From Takakia lepidozioides (taxonomy: Eukaryota > Plantae > Bryophyta), in NCBI GenBank assembly GCA_030704615.1, contig CM060732.1, forward strand, positions 7,254,001 to 7,318,000: a DNA stretch of 64,000 nt, written 5' to 3'. Shown piece after piece: positions 1 through 13,500 of the stretch. Under the pieces are notes generated by a model. It was not told the origin of the DNA and made no database searches. It saw nothing but the letters and a program-made list of their open reading frames with translations. Position 1 is the first letter of the stretch; each line of letters opens with the position of its first letter. Made by a program: the position numbers and the translations under genes.

Positions 1-383
1 GCTCCGTATTGAATCTATAAGCTTGCGCCACCTATTATCTTGTACATAGGAGGGAGTAAGAAGGACAGGGACAGAGAAATTTGATTACCTGTTTTTGTAA
101 ACTCAGAGCCTGACTGAGGTGATTTTGCCAAGGAGACTTGTAAGTTAAAGCTTTGAACAACGATTTGGCAAGGATTTCTCACTTGTGTCTGAGTGTATGT
201 GAGGATAGTGCTATGCTGTGAAGGCTAGTTATATAAATTTCCTTTTCCTTCTCTATCTCAGTGCCTGCTCAACGTTATAACGATGTAAAGTTACCTTGCA
301 AGAAGCCTTGAAATGCCGTGAAAGTCGAGTTTCCGAGGATTGAAGTGAAGTCGGTGGATTTTGTGTGCGCAAAAGTGCTACAG

Positions 384-1309
384 ATGGGGACCTTCGCCGG
401 ACACATATTACCTGGGGCTGGCATATGGCATCTGTTCAACACTCTTGGAAGCTTTGTGCGGATGCCATGGGATTTTCAGGCAAGGACATGGTTTCCTGTG
501 AAAGGGAGTCGCAAGCTAAGACATCTGGAGCTGTATTTTATCATTGATGGCTCCTTGCTCTCGATTGCCGCCGAGCTCTTCATATGCCCCAGGAGGCATC
601 AGCCCTTTGCAGACGACTGGTCAATCCCGGAAGAACACCTCAATAACTTCGAGCACTCAACGATATCTCTCTTCCTCCTTATCTATGCCTTGGGAGCACT
701 GGGTGCAGACGTTTTTGAGGTCCACGTGCCCCAGGGGTGGTTGCAGGCCATGGCAACCATGGCACTGAGCCAAGAGCCGATGCTTTTCCATTTCCACTCT
801 GCAGATCACATGGGCCTTGAAGGTCACTACCACTGGCTCCTACAACTACCCATCGCAGTGGGCATTCTCGCAATGCTTGTGGAGATTGTAACGTCACAAT
901 CGGCAGTGGTGACTCTCATCCGTAGCATGGCAATATTTCTCCAAGGAACATGGTTTATCCAAATGGGTTACATTCTGTGGACGCCATCGCTGCTTCCCAA
1001 GGGCTGTTCCGTAGTGGAGGAGGATGACCATGAAGTTGTTCGATGTGCTGACAAGCATGCTCTCAGGCGGGCAAACGCACTGGCCAATCTTCAGTTCAGC
1101 TGGCACCTCGCAATATTCTTGTTCTCACCGTGGCCCTTTATATGATCCTTCTGGCCCTGCGCAAGAACCCATCATATCGCCGTATAGGTGCAAATGATTC
1201 ATCTGTCATAAAGGATGCGGATGTGCTTGGCCACCAAAGGTCTCCCACAGGCTCCCAAGCTTCCATAGAGATGGAAGGTTTTGCGGTCGACCTTGACCTT
1301 GGGAGATAA
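384..1309 (+). pseudogene. TMEM45/DUF716-family membrane protein gene with a 1-nt frameshift near 1115-1120 (pseudogene or sequence error)
   Basis: ATG at 384 opens MGTFAGHILPG, followed by family-typical HLNNFEHSTI, LFHFHSADHMGLEGHYHWLLQL, FLQGTWFIQMG and RANALANLQFSW. The last TM helix and tail (VLTVALYMILLALRKNP...DLDLGR*, TAA 1307-1309) lie in a shifted frame. Confidence 0.85.
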
Positions 1310-3239
1310 AAGAATTTCTGAATCATAAGGTCTTTACACAAGTGTCCTAGAAAAGCAGCTCAGAAGTGGGGCTGCAGAGCTGTGCACACAACGAACTGCC
1401 TTCCCACATGAAGAAGAAAGACACTAGCTGGGTACAAGTGCATCATCATGTTCTGTTTGAACATCACAGTCTGATTACCTTGCAGGGTTGGAGGCTGATT
1501 TGTTTCTTGCAAGGCACATGTATTCGTCACATGTGTGTCAACACCCCAAGAGACGATGGATCTCCACAACATTAATTGGTTCAAAAAGATCCACGGAGAG
1601 ATGATGCGTCTTGATTTTGCAATCACGAGCACTAGAATCTGATGTCTGAGGGCATTGTTGCAAGCTTAGAACCATTTACTCGTGGCATGGCGAAATGCCC
1701 TTGTTCAACATTGTTAAGTATTGTGTAGAGAGCAGGCCATTCTACTTCTTAGGATGTCGATGTCTGGATGAAGAGTTCTTGTATAATTTGAACAGCTTTT
1801 TTATGAGAATGTTTGCACTTCTGAGTGTCGATTGTGGCTAAGCGATATACAGTTTTAGACAACTTTGCTCAATTCTTGCTTGGATTTTTGTTGACACCCA
1901 CTGTACCTCCAAACTTGTGGCTTGATAAATACACAGAAGAAGGGTGTGGAAATTGTCACAAGGAGGTTTTGTCAAATTTCCATGTGGAAAAGAATGAAAA
2001 ATTGCCAGGAACGTTGCCTGATACTTACAACTAAGTAGGGAATTTCGAATTTCGACCATTCCCTCCCTGATAAGACAACAGGGAAATTGAGTCAAGTATC
2101 ATTTTGGAATTTTAGTGGATGTGATGGAGGAAGAAGAAGAGCTCCGCAATGTGCGGTGTGTGAAAGCTTCGCCGACGGCCTCTACACCTCCTCAACCCTA
2201 GCACTCGGACTGGCTCTTCCTCCCCATCATCGTCTCTATGTCCTAAACAAGCTAAAGCAATACCTCACGAATCATCCCGAACATCATAACTTGGTGCCTT
2301 CGGCAGGCCCCATCCCAATCATCGGATCTATGCGGCTGTCATGACGAGCTTGTCTATCTTCATCAGAGTCGCATGCTTAGCCGTATGCTTCTCAGATCAC
2401 CTCTATTAATCCCCCCCCCCAAATCTCCTGCCAAACCATCCTGGCCAATCCGATCCCTACCTTTGTCATCATGGAAATGATCACTGCTAGCCTCCGGTTT
2501 CAGTTTCCTAGGAGCCGCCTTCACTAACTCACCCCACAACCCCTACTCGCGCTGCCATCGCTGCAGCAGCTGATCAGCTTGGTCCTCTGTTTTCAGCTTG
2601 CGCCCTTTCCGCCATTCCTTCTTCTCGGCTTTCCTCGTCTGGCTAGCCTTAAGTGCCTGCAAGTTCGCAAGCGACCTCTTTTGCTCGCATCTGGCTAGCT
2701 GCTTCAAGTTCTCCGGCTCCATCTCAATTGCCCCTCTCCTCCTTCTCCTCCAGCTCCCTCTCCTGTTGCTTCAGCTTGCTTCCTCTCCATGGCGCCCTAC
2801 CTTCGCAAAGCCTTCAATTCAGCTACCCATCGCCCAGGTCAAGGCCTCAGATTTGCGGATCCTTACAGGCTCCACCCGTCAACAGGGACAGGTTTCTTCA
2901 TCGCGCATCAAACCCATTCCATGGGCCTCATTGCGCATGGTTCTTCTCAGGCAAACCGCCCCCCACCTTAGTACGCTCTAGGCCCTCCCTCGAGGCCCCC
3001 CCCATTCACAGAGCTGCTGCAGAAAATGCTTCCGAGCCCCACTCAGAATCCCCAAGCCCGCCCACTCCATGCAGCCCACCCACGGATCTCTCGGAAGATT
3101 CCCCTTCAGACTCTACAGCCTTGCAGTCTACAATCGCAAGGGACCACCCACTCGTCCCGGTGGAGCTCGACCAGATCAATTCGGATGCAGCTTAATATGA
3201 GAGCAACGGTATCCTTTTTCATTTCCCAGGCAAGAAGGT

Positions 3240-3831
3240 GACTAGAAACCAAGCGCAAGACTGGGCTAATCGTCATCTGGGAGCAACAGGTGACCTGCTA
3301 CATCACTTTTGTCATGCAAGGGGCGGGGGATTCTTCTCCATTCTTTCCAACTCCTGAGCGTTTAATCCTCATCTGCATGGGCTTAACGTCAATATATTCC
3401 CATGGTCCAGATGCATGGGAAACAGAAATGGCAAGATATGGAGCCCGAGGATCATATCGTTGCCTTACATTCCTGACCAATACCTCTTAAGCCTCCCGGC
3501 TATAGATAATTATTTTGGTGTTTTTTTGGGATGTCTGGCTGTCTTTGACAATGATACATGCACTGCCTCCCTGCGACAGCACCCAGCATGGAGGGGGGCA
3601 ACCATTTCGTCAAAGGCGAATGAAAATGGGTTTCCTAAGATAGTGGTGATAATGCCCAACGATCAGGAACTTCCTGAATTCATCAGGCTGCCAATTGACA
3701 ATGAAGGCAATTATTTTTCAGTGAAAGTGTCCGAGGACACGGCTGCTTCGGCCTGTTATTATTGTGGAAAATTTGGGCATCTCAAGGCAGGATGCCCCAA
3801 GCTGAAATGGAAGAGAATGAACAACCCATAG
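3240..3831 (+). pseudogene. Degenerate plant L1-type LINE ORF1 fragment with CCHC zinc knuckle
   Basis: ORF 3415-3831 ends in CYYCGKFGHLKAGC preceded by LPEFIRLP, the layout seen in plant LINE ORF1. The upstream part is frameshifted. Confidence 0.55.
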
Positions 3832-5074
3832 GTTGGGCCTGGAAGCACCTCAATTATTCAAAATTCGCTCCAGTTCACAAACATGTTGCCTGCATGTCGT
3901 ATACTGCTGCCCAAGGTGTTTTTGGCAAGCAATAAAGCCTTTTACAGTGCTTTCTCCGGCTTCCCACATGTGGGTACAGCTTCTGACTACTCCTTCGTCT
4001 CCTTCATTTCCCTGTGTAATGGACGAGAGAAAATAAAAACCAATTCAGCCTGAAGATCAACAAATATTACATGCCTTGGGCCAGAACATTGAACCTACTG
4101 TACAGTTCATGTGCCAATAACTTGGAGAACACTACAAAGACCACTCAGAATAGTTCATTCACAACATTGCAACAACTTCACTGGAGGAAATTAGGAATGT
4201 TTTGATTTATGCCTTGTGAGCAAAGGGCACTTACATGTCCACGGCTGAAGCACATCTTCGTGTAATGTGCAAGACAATCCGCAAACAATCACCTGGATTT
4301 CTAGTGGTGCACATGCTCTGTCACTCCTAACACACTACATACCAAATGCAAAGAGACGTCTTTTGTCCCTTTTTTTGTGCATGGGCATTTTCCTTGGGAT
4401 TTCCACTTTCTGTACGTTGGTTATTCTTGGGTTGGATCTCGGATGTGTTGCAGATATGTGGTGGGCCATGGATGCGAATCGACGAACATCATCTGAAGTG
4501 CAAGTGTGTCGATACGTCGGTTTGTTGTCATTCCAGTGGTGTGGTTTCTCGCTTTTTGGGGAAACCTTGACAGAGCAAGGAGCTTCAGGGGGCCATGATT
4601 GCAAGTGGGGCTTTCGCAGAGGCATTGAATGTATACATGAGCACTGAGCACTGAGCACAGTTCCCACCACCTCACAATCCACATTCGCAATACTTGCTCA
4701 ACATTGTCAAAGAGTAGGGGATTTAACAGTCCTGTGCGATCTGTGGTCTCATAGAATTTGAACTTGATGCACTTGGCCACATGTTGGAAGTATGATGCCA
4801 AGTGGTGTTACTATATTCTTAAAAACCAAGTCTACATACAGGTAAGCTGGAACTTACAACGATGTGGAGACTGCCCCTGCTGCCATGTTTGCCATAAAGA
4901 ATACGCCGGGTGTTAGAAACTTCGTGTAGCATACAAGGTCGGGCCACGGAGGCAGGATATCTTCACCATGGTAAAGTATGTTGTCCCTGTACTCCGCTGC
5001 AGTATGAGGCCAAATGGTATCGGTAGCATGTGCGTTGTCGGTATGTAGGAATGTGAGCTACTGAAGCAATGCAC

Positions 5075-5590
5075 TGTTAGAGGGCTGTCTGGGACTTAGA
5101 CAGTTTTACGGGTTCTGTGGGGTACCCTTAATTTTGCGCAGACCTACCAGTGGTAGACTCAGACCAACACAGGCCTTAGGGGTGGCAGATAGGCTCACAC
5201 AGTCAACAGTCACAGGCTTACACAGCCTATCACAGCCTATCACAGCCTGACACAGCCTGTCACAGTCAGACACAACCTGTCACAGTCAGACACAGCCTAG
5301 CACAGCCTGACACAACCTGTTACAGTCAGACACAGCCTAACACAACGTGACACAGTCAATCACAGCCCGACACGGCTTGACACAGCCAGTCACAGTCTGA
5401 CACGGCCAGTCGTAGTCTGGCACAGTCACAGCCCGACACAGCTTGACACAGCCCGTCACAGCGTTCACAGGGAACGGTTATCATTGGGAAGGAACGACTA
5501 TGTGGGAACGACATCTGCAGAGGGAACGTGTGTTCTGTCTTGGATGACAGTTAGTTAGTTAGGCGGTTAACGGAGCTTTCTAGTATAGCC
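5075..5590 (+). mobile_element. 5' part of an LTR of a Gypsy-like retrotransposon
   Basis: Starts TGTTAGAGGG..GGGACTTAGAC..GGGGTACCCTTAATTTTGCGCA, clearly similar to the reverse complement of the PPT-adjacent LTR start at 57688. A gag-like ORF follows. Confidence 0.65.
5205..5470 (+). repeat. ~10-bp minisatellite (CACAGCCTGA/CACAGTCAGA) within the LTR
   Basis: About 25 degenerate copies of (T/A)CACAG(C/T)C are directly visible. Confidence 0.9.
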
Positions 5591-5691
5591 AAGGGTGCAC
5601 TAAAGCTTGAAAGAAATCTAGGCATATACGAGAGATACTACAGGAGAGAGTTTTGGTTATTGCCTCATTAAAGATATGAAAGACATGGGAC

Positions 5692-6872
5692 ATGAGTGAT
5701 GAAAGGGAAGCTAAACTCCACAGATATTCAGCGAAAAGAGAAAGTTATTTGAAAGCTAATTATCCATATCTCTGGGAGAGAGGAATAGACATAGGGGAAT
5801 CATTTGGACCTCTCACACCATTAAGGCCAGAGAGTACATCACCCATACCAGAAGATCTAGATTTGGATGCCACTTCTTCTTATTCTTTACAAGAAAGATT
5901 AAGGGATTTGGTAGAGGAAGAAGATCAGGCACGAGGGGAAAGATCTGAGGTACATCCTTGGGTTAAAGATTTGACAGAAATCTTTGATCAGAGTTGGCAT
6001 GGGACACCAAAAGCAGGAACTCCAGTTTCTGAAATACAAGCCAAAGAAGGAGAGGAAGATGTGGCAGAGCCAACGGAGAGTTCAAACTCTCCAACACCAC
6101 TTCAGTTGAGTTATATGAGTGAGGAAGAAGAAATCCAAGAGAAGAACTTGGAAGATGAAGAGTATGAAGAAGTAGACCCAACAGTTGAGGTTGAGACTAC
6201 AACCAGGACATCCCAACCTGTTGGACCTGGATCAAGTGGAGCACTTGGATCACATGCCAACTCAGGTGTCGGCTCAGGGGGATCAGGCGAGCAACTTGGA
6301 TCTGGCTCTGGAGGAACAGGGAGTGTGGGATGTAGTGCAACTGGAGCTGAGGGTACTGCAAGTACAGGGGGGCCAGTAGCAGGGAGTGCTCAGGGGCCAA
6401 CACCTAGTGGGAGTTCCACCACTACAACAGCAGATTCTCAGGGACCAGCACCTGTCAGAGGGCAGGGTGTAGGGCCACAGATGGCGGTACCTCCAACACG
6501 GGCAAGGCCACATTTTCCAATATATGCAGGAAAAGGGGATCCTGATGTACACATCAGCCAATTTGAGCACATGTGTATAGTGAACAATGAGAATGGCGAT
6601 GATGCCAAATTGAGACTGTTTCCTTGTTCACTTATCAAGAAAGTAGTGAATGGTATGCAAGGTTTCCTAATAATCATTTCCTAACCTGGAATGGCCTTAG
6701 TACAGCATTCCGAAACAAGTTGAGGACAAGCAAAACTGAGGATGAAGTGTATTGGAGTTTACAACAGTTGAGGCAAAAGAAGCATGGAACTGTTGAAGAA
6801 TATATGGAAAAGATGGAGTTAATGATGAAAAAGCTAGCTGCTGTACCAGCACCAGGATTACAGAAGAGTAGC
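5692..6872 (+). pseudogene. Truncated Ty3/Gypsy gag
   Basis: FPIYAGKGDPDVHISQFE...KLRLFPCSL, a frameshift at ~6640, then WYARFP..LTW..L..AF..LQQLRQK..TVEEY (retrotransposon gag capsid pattern). It breaks off at ~6872. Confidence 0.8.
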
Positions 6873-7093
6873 ACGTAAGACTGAGGAGGACTTGAAAGAA
6901 GTCCAAAAAGGTGTGATAGCCCTGGAGGGTCAGTGGAAGCACGCGGACTTCTGCACAAGTCGACAAAAACCCATTTTGAACACAATGATGCAATGCACAA
7001 GTCCAACGAAGAGGATGTCTCCCATGTGCACTTTGCCTTAAGAACAGTGATTCTGGGTATTGAAACAACAATGCAAGCATCCACAGGTTGAAC

Positions 7094-10000
7094 TTACTCA
7101 CAGGCAAAGTCAGAGTCCAGCTCCTTGTCGGAAGTCTCCCCTGTATCAATATCACCAGGAAGGGGCTTCGGAATGACTTGAGAAGTGTGTCCACCCAAAC
7201 CCATCAGGAGGTTCTTGTAAATCTCGGCATCCCCTTCAATCCCAAAGAGATGTCGCGCACTGGCCTTGCAAGTGTGGTACGAAGCACCTGCAGTGGAATA
7301 GAATGAAGGAAACAGATATTGAAGACACATTTGGAACGGTGGGAAGTGCTGAAAGTGCAAGCTCAAACAAACATGATAAAATGTGAATGTTGAAGAGACG
7401 AACCTGGGCCTATTGACAAATCCAGAACTCTGGCGTCTGTGTAGGTGCAGCACTCCATGCAATCGTTTGAATGAAAGCCGGGCTCCTCTCCCTGGCCCCT
7501 CTCCAAGGAACCCCATTCCCCCTTCGCAAGCACACGTTGTTGTCCACGTAGTTGTGGTGCATGTCATCCTTGGGAGATCTATCCTCTCGTCTATGAACTT
7601 ACCCCCATGAGTGATGGCAAACTCCCTAATGACGGCTGGAGTCGTAGGTGGATGCACTCGGACGAGACAAACAACTTCAAACAAACGAGTATGCGAACAG
7701 GATATCCACAAGGAACTAAGAAGCTTGAAAACCAGGCCCCTACATATTCATTTGAGCGACTTATGCAACTCCATCCAAGAACCACCAAGAAGAGGAATAA
7801 GAAGGCAGATTTACCATCTCTCCCGGACGATCCCCCTTTGTCAGGTACATGCTGTTCACACAATTCCATGTTCATACCGGAGGCTTTCAAATAGCTGGCA
7901 AGTGCACGGCGACAGCGAAGGTCGATGGACTAGATGAGCACCAAAACACCTGCATCGGACAGAAAGAAATTGCAAAAGGAGAAAACCCACCGCCAGTAGC
8001 GCTCATCAAAAATATTCCAACCTGGACAAGCACCCGATGGAGGGACATCCGGGACTTGCAACCCATCAGGGATGTCCAAGATGAAGAGTTCGGCTGCATA
8101 TGGCTTCTCCTTCCCGTTCACCCAGGATTTGGTCATTTTAGCTTGCAAACAAGCATGCAATGGAAGGCTCAAGAGGATTGAAACGACCCATGCCCACAAT
8201 AGACAAGAAGCAAAAGACAACACGCACCGTGCCGAGGAACTCCACAATCCTCTCCCACACTGGTGATGGTTCGCCCTTGTAATCAGATTTCTTCATGGCA
8301 AGGAACCCGACGTTCACCATCTCCAACCTGGTAGGGCAAATGACCCTTGTGGGATGCTCCACTGCATGGTACGGGTCCTTAGGATCAACCACCCCTTTGT
8401 TCTTTCTCCCGGATCTCCTACCATGCGGTGGAGTCTGTTGGACATCCACCACAGGGCCAGTTTCGGCAACACTTCCCTGGCCACCTACCTGCCCTTGTGC
8501 TCCCTTCCCCCTACCCCTTCCTTTCCCCACACCACCAGCAACATCATTTCCCTTTGCCTTTCTACCTTTACCCGGGGTATCCTGAGCGGGAGGCTCCTTC
8601 TCTGCAAGAGTCCTCAAATTTCTATCATGAAAGTCGAGGTCGGCTGCTGCGGCGGTGGCTGCTATACGCTCATTCTCTCTCCTCAAAGACACCTCCTGAG
8701 CTGGGGTCTCAGAAGCAGGGCAATCCAAATACCAACCACAAGTAGAAAGATGGTCTGGGCCCCAGTCATGCAAGATCCCCGTAGTAAACATGGTCTGGTT
8801 GCCAGCAAGTTTGTCTGCCATACCTCGCCGCGAAGACAATTTCAAGCAGGAGACAAGCCAAAGGTTCACGAAATCAGGATGTTTGTCCAAGCAATTCTCT
8901 GCCATGAGAACATACTTTATGTACCTGCAGGAACAGAGACAGCCTCATTATGCAATGCAATTATTGTCTCCCAGCTTTTCCACCACATCACGAAGACCCC
9001 CTAACAGAATATGCGGCTCAGTTCACTGCAACCACTGCACACAAAATAGCCTGAAGGGCCCAGGGTGTGCACGTTGGTGTTACTACACACGGATAGAACA
9101 AATGAGTGTGCGGCACCGCAAACTCATATGAGCCAGCCCAAAACAGGTTGGATGGAGGAGAGTCTTTGCAAAACAAACAAGCACAGTCCATTTCGCACCT
9201 GTAAAGGCATCGTTTCCAGGCTTCATCTCATTTCTCTTGCTGGTCAAGCTCATTTGTTCGACTGATGCCACCCTCCTTGTTGAACTCTCTGAAGAAACAA
9301 GATTGCCACACTGTGGCTCTCCATTTCCTCATGTATGCTTGGAAGGAGACCTTCGGTGCTGTCATGGTGATGCCATAGTCAGCCAGCTGCGTATGTAGAA
9401 CCGACCAGGCCCTTTCCTCCAACTGCAAAACAATTCAAATGCAAGAATGAACCTAAAAACAATCACAGCCAATGTAACATGGAAAGAGATTGACAGAAAA
9501 GTGAAAAGAAAGTGACACAACAAAGGACATCATACCTGGCTCCAATAAGTGGGCCTTGTGAAGCCATGTGTTCATCACATTGTCACTAACATGAATGACA
9601 CGTTGGGTCTTCTTCTCTTTCTCCGGCCTGGGGAACATGTGGGTATCCCTAACAGTGGGATCGGAGTTCCATATCTGTAGCCACTTCACCTTCTGTTCTG
9701 AAGACACAATGGCGATAGACAACGTGTGTAACTTCTCCTGGGCCATCTCCGGCTTGCCTGGCTTGTTGTAATGGTTTTTCACCTCTTGAAGAAACTGCGG
9801 TCCGAATGATGGGTCGGCAATTCTCAACTGCTTAACAAAAGCACTCAGAATAGTCCTTCTTGTGGCGGTCATCTCTTGCTTGATGTGACTCTCAACCCCC
9901 TTTGCTGTTCTTCTCTCCTCAGGGGTAGAGCTGTAGTATTCCAGTTTGTCACGCTATCCTGCATCTGCAAGGGAATGCACGAGAGTTGCATCAACCCAAT

Positions 10001-10269
10001 GGCAAGGGAAACACACAGAAACAAACATCTGGAAGCAGGAATATCGAAAGGCCAGATGGTGGAAGATGTATCTCACCGCGTACATATACTCCATGAAAGC
10101 CTCACGGGTCAACGAGTACGATGTTTCTGATGTCTTGGAGCTTTCGCACTTCTTGTACGTCTCTGCTGAAAGGATGATCTTGAAGTTGGTCAAGGGCATC
10201 TGCCCGATCCTTTGTATCCTATACAGTGTGTGAACCAGACTCGTTTTGATATGCGATGTCTCCGTCCCT
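7094..10269 (-). pseudogene. ParB-MTase cargo gene copy B, 3' part (middle region and beta-class amino-methyltransferase-like domain); spliced, with stops and frameshifts
   Basis: Exons are homologous to copy A: LRIADPSFGPQFLQEVKNHY; KWLQIWNS; WGPDHLSTCGWYLDCP; ELFILDIPDG (8090-8062); RSPAFIQT..MECC..ARVLDLSIGPG|ASYHTCKASARHLFGIEGD. Confidence 0.75.
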
Positions 10270-10523
10270 CTGCAGAATGATGTGTGAAAGGGGGGCTGCT
10301 ATTTCATGAGCGGCATGAGCATGAGTGGAAAAAAAAAAAAGCATGAGCAGACCATTGTGTGTCCACAGAAATAGGGTTAGGAGGCACGGAAATAGGGTCA
10401 TATGAAGTTGGAATTTGGCACCAGTGGACTCATCATAGCAATGAAATGCAACATTTTATTGCAAATTTTGTGGCAAGCCACATCTATACAAAGGTGTCCT
10501 AACTGTCATAGCCGGAATGGGCA

Positions 10524-13500
10524 CTACTCTCCTACACCCTCCGAGGAACTTGCCCCACCTTCCTCCTCATCCCCCTCATCCCCCCCATCCTCTAAGCTAT
10601 GAGATGCATCAGTTCCACTATGCCTCTCAAAAATACCGTCCTCTCCTTGGGGGACTGTCCACCTCACCTCATGGGAATCTTCTGCCTCTTCTCCCCCGCT
10701 TTCCTCAGCAGAATCCAAGACAAATCTACGAGCCTGACGGGCTCTAATAGCTGTTGTCTCCTCCCTCATCTTCATTTTCTTGAGGTTTGCCCCGTCTAAA
10801 ATCTGTTGTACACGACTAGGTTCGGAAGACCTCCTAATGGACACTGAAGCAAGCCGGGCAGCATAAGTAGGAAGGATGTAGTCCCTTTCTGGACTCGGCA
10901 TGAAATCCCCCTGGCAAAAAAAGGCACGTTCCTCCTGCCCATAAACTGCGGTGTAGACATCCCTCCTGCAGTACTTGACATCCTACAGTAAGAACAAATC
11001 CACTTCAAGAATGTCAATACCAGCAGAAGCACAAAGGGTCTTTCAATGAAATAAGAGAGCGAAGGGAGGTGCCTCACGAAATCAGGAGGCAACTTACAAT
11101 GCGACCACTCACTCATAAACTGGGGGCTCCTCGGCCTCGATCCCAACTTGTACCTCCCCCTGCTCCTTGTCGGATTCTTCCTCATCCTCCGAGGATGCCT
11201 CTTCCTCTTTCGGCAGACGTTCAGCCGCTGCAAGTTCGGAGTTGTGGAGGGCAGTATCTGGCTCGAAGGCAAAGACATGCCTGTCAGACAACGTCGCTGC
11301 CCACATTGAAGCTCCTGATGGATAAAGCGGGCAGTTAGTAGCATGCGGCATGCAATTGCAATCGAGCCAGGGGACCAAACTATGCACGTGAAGGCTTATC
11401 CGTGCCGCATGTGAGGTCAAGAATCCGCCCTTGGACATCCGAGCACGTCTCCATGAGGGTTTGGATGAAAGCAGGGCTCCGGGTCCGGCTGTACTGCCAC
11501 GGTTTGTCTGTCTTTGTGTCCTTCAGCATACTGGAGTGGGGCACATAGTTGTAGAGGACATCGTAGGTAACAGGGTCCACAGCGGCATCAACAAGACGAC
11601 CGTCGTTGCGGAATTTGAACGTAGACCCTCTCTTCACAAAACAATATGCCTCAAACACCAATGTCTGCACATCCAACAAAAGAGGGATCAACTCCAGGGT
11701 CTAGTTCAGATACACCACAATATGAAGTGAATGCAATAGATTGATAACTTACATTCTGGCCCTCTGTTCGCAACCCCTGTGTATTGATGCAAAACCATTT
11801 TTTGAGGAGGACCGGGGTGACACTTTTCGGTGTCCACCTTGCCACAACATTGTCTGTGGTCTTCCCTCTTGTGGCAAGGACCACAATACATCCACCGTCA
11901 TCTAGGAGCATCCCCGCCAGCCCAAACCCGGCTCTCCAGTAGTCCTCAGTAAACCTGTTCCAGGTGGGCACACCATCAAGGCCCTCCAGCAGCTCCCCAT
12001 CTGGAATATCGAGGAGAATCATATCGCAGGCTCTCTCCACCTCAACCCCCCCCCCCCCCCCCCCCCGAGTGCTCTTGCAATCCGTGCTCACAGTCGTGAA
12101 GAATTCCATCATGGATTCGAAACCAGGGGTGTCTTTAGGCTCTGTACTGGGAGCCCTCTTCTTGGCTTTCCACTTCAGCTCCTCCACAAACTTGCTGTGT
12201 GCGATCTTCTTCGCCCTGGCAGCCAGAGCGTCAAGGAAGCTCTCATTGACACATTGGATGATGGTTGGGGGTTCTAGCTTTGGCCTCTGCGGAAACGTCA
12301 CCGCCAAATACCGCCGTGTAGGCTCGCCCTCAAATGCCAACTTCTTGGCAGAGCCAGTCCCAGTCCGAACTGACTTGGGAACCCGGATGACCGGTGACTT
12401 GGCACGAGCAGCAGCAATCGCAGGACCTTGCACAAAGTCGTCGTCGGAGTCACTCCCTTGGGGCCCCTCCTGCGCCTCCTCTGGTGCCCCGGTGGTTTTC
12501 CGTTTTTTGGGGGTTACTGTACTCCCCTGTTTCCGTGTCCTTTTCTTTGCCTGAGCAAGCTCTGCCGTTTTCCTGGACTTGGGAAGCGCTCTCGCCTCCT
12601 TTGGACCCAGCGGAGGCAGCGGAGCCCGGTTTCGTCAAGCCCCAGCATCCAGCTTCAATTGAAACTCGGATGAGTCGAGCGAGCCGGGCGGAAGGTCCAC
12701 ATACCAAGGGCAGTCGCGCAAATGTTCTAGATGCCACTCCTTCACGATAACGTCAGTGTACATGGAGTCAGCCCCAGGGTTCCTCCATGCGAGGAAGAAT
12801 GGCGGCTCGAAGGTCAGATGACCTTTCTCCAAAAGGGAGAACTTGCAGTACCTGCATTCAAGAAACACACAGAATGAGGTCCCGGGAACAAGGTAAATTA
12901 TAGGGAATGAAACTGCAAAATAGACGCGAAAAATGGCGCCAAATTTCCATTTTCGGTGCCAGCCACCCCAGGGACTGAGCCATTTTCGGGGCCCTAAACT
13001 GGAAATTCGGCGCCATTTTTCCAGATTGGGGCCGAAAATGGCTAAGTCCCAGAACTGACTGGGCCCGGAACTGGAAAAATGGCGCCGAATTTCCAGTTTT
13101 GGTGCCAGCCACCCCAGGGACTTGGCCATTTTCGGGGCCCTGAAGTGAAAATTCGGCGCCATTTTCCCACATTGGGGCCGAAAATGGCTAAGTCCCAGAA
13201 CTAACTGGGCCCGGAACTGGAAAAATGGCGCCGAATTTCCAGTTTCGGTGCCAGCCACCCCAGGGACTTAGCCATTTTCGGGGCCCTGAAGTGGAAATTC
13301 GGCGCCATTTTCCCACATTGGGGCGGAAAATGGCTAAGTCCCAGAACTGCCTGGGCCCAGAACTGGAAAAATGGCGCCGAATTTCCAGTTTCGGTGCCAG
13401 CCACCCAAGGGACTTAGCCATTTTCGGGGCCTTGAAGTGGAAATTCGGCGCCATTTTCCCAGATTCGGGCCGAAAATGGCTAAGTCCCCGAACTGACTTG

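Noticed and set aside
318-383. Extended N-terminus of the first ORF from GTG at 318
   Set aside because: The family-typical start is the ATG at 384 (MGTFAGH).
6860-7100. Left terminus of the element carrying gene B
   Set aside because: No TIR or TSD is visible. The gene's 3' region abuts a truncated gag, consistent with a deletion junction, so B's parent element is inferred only.
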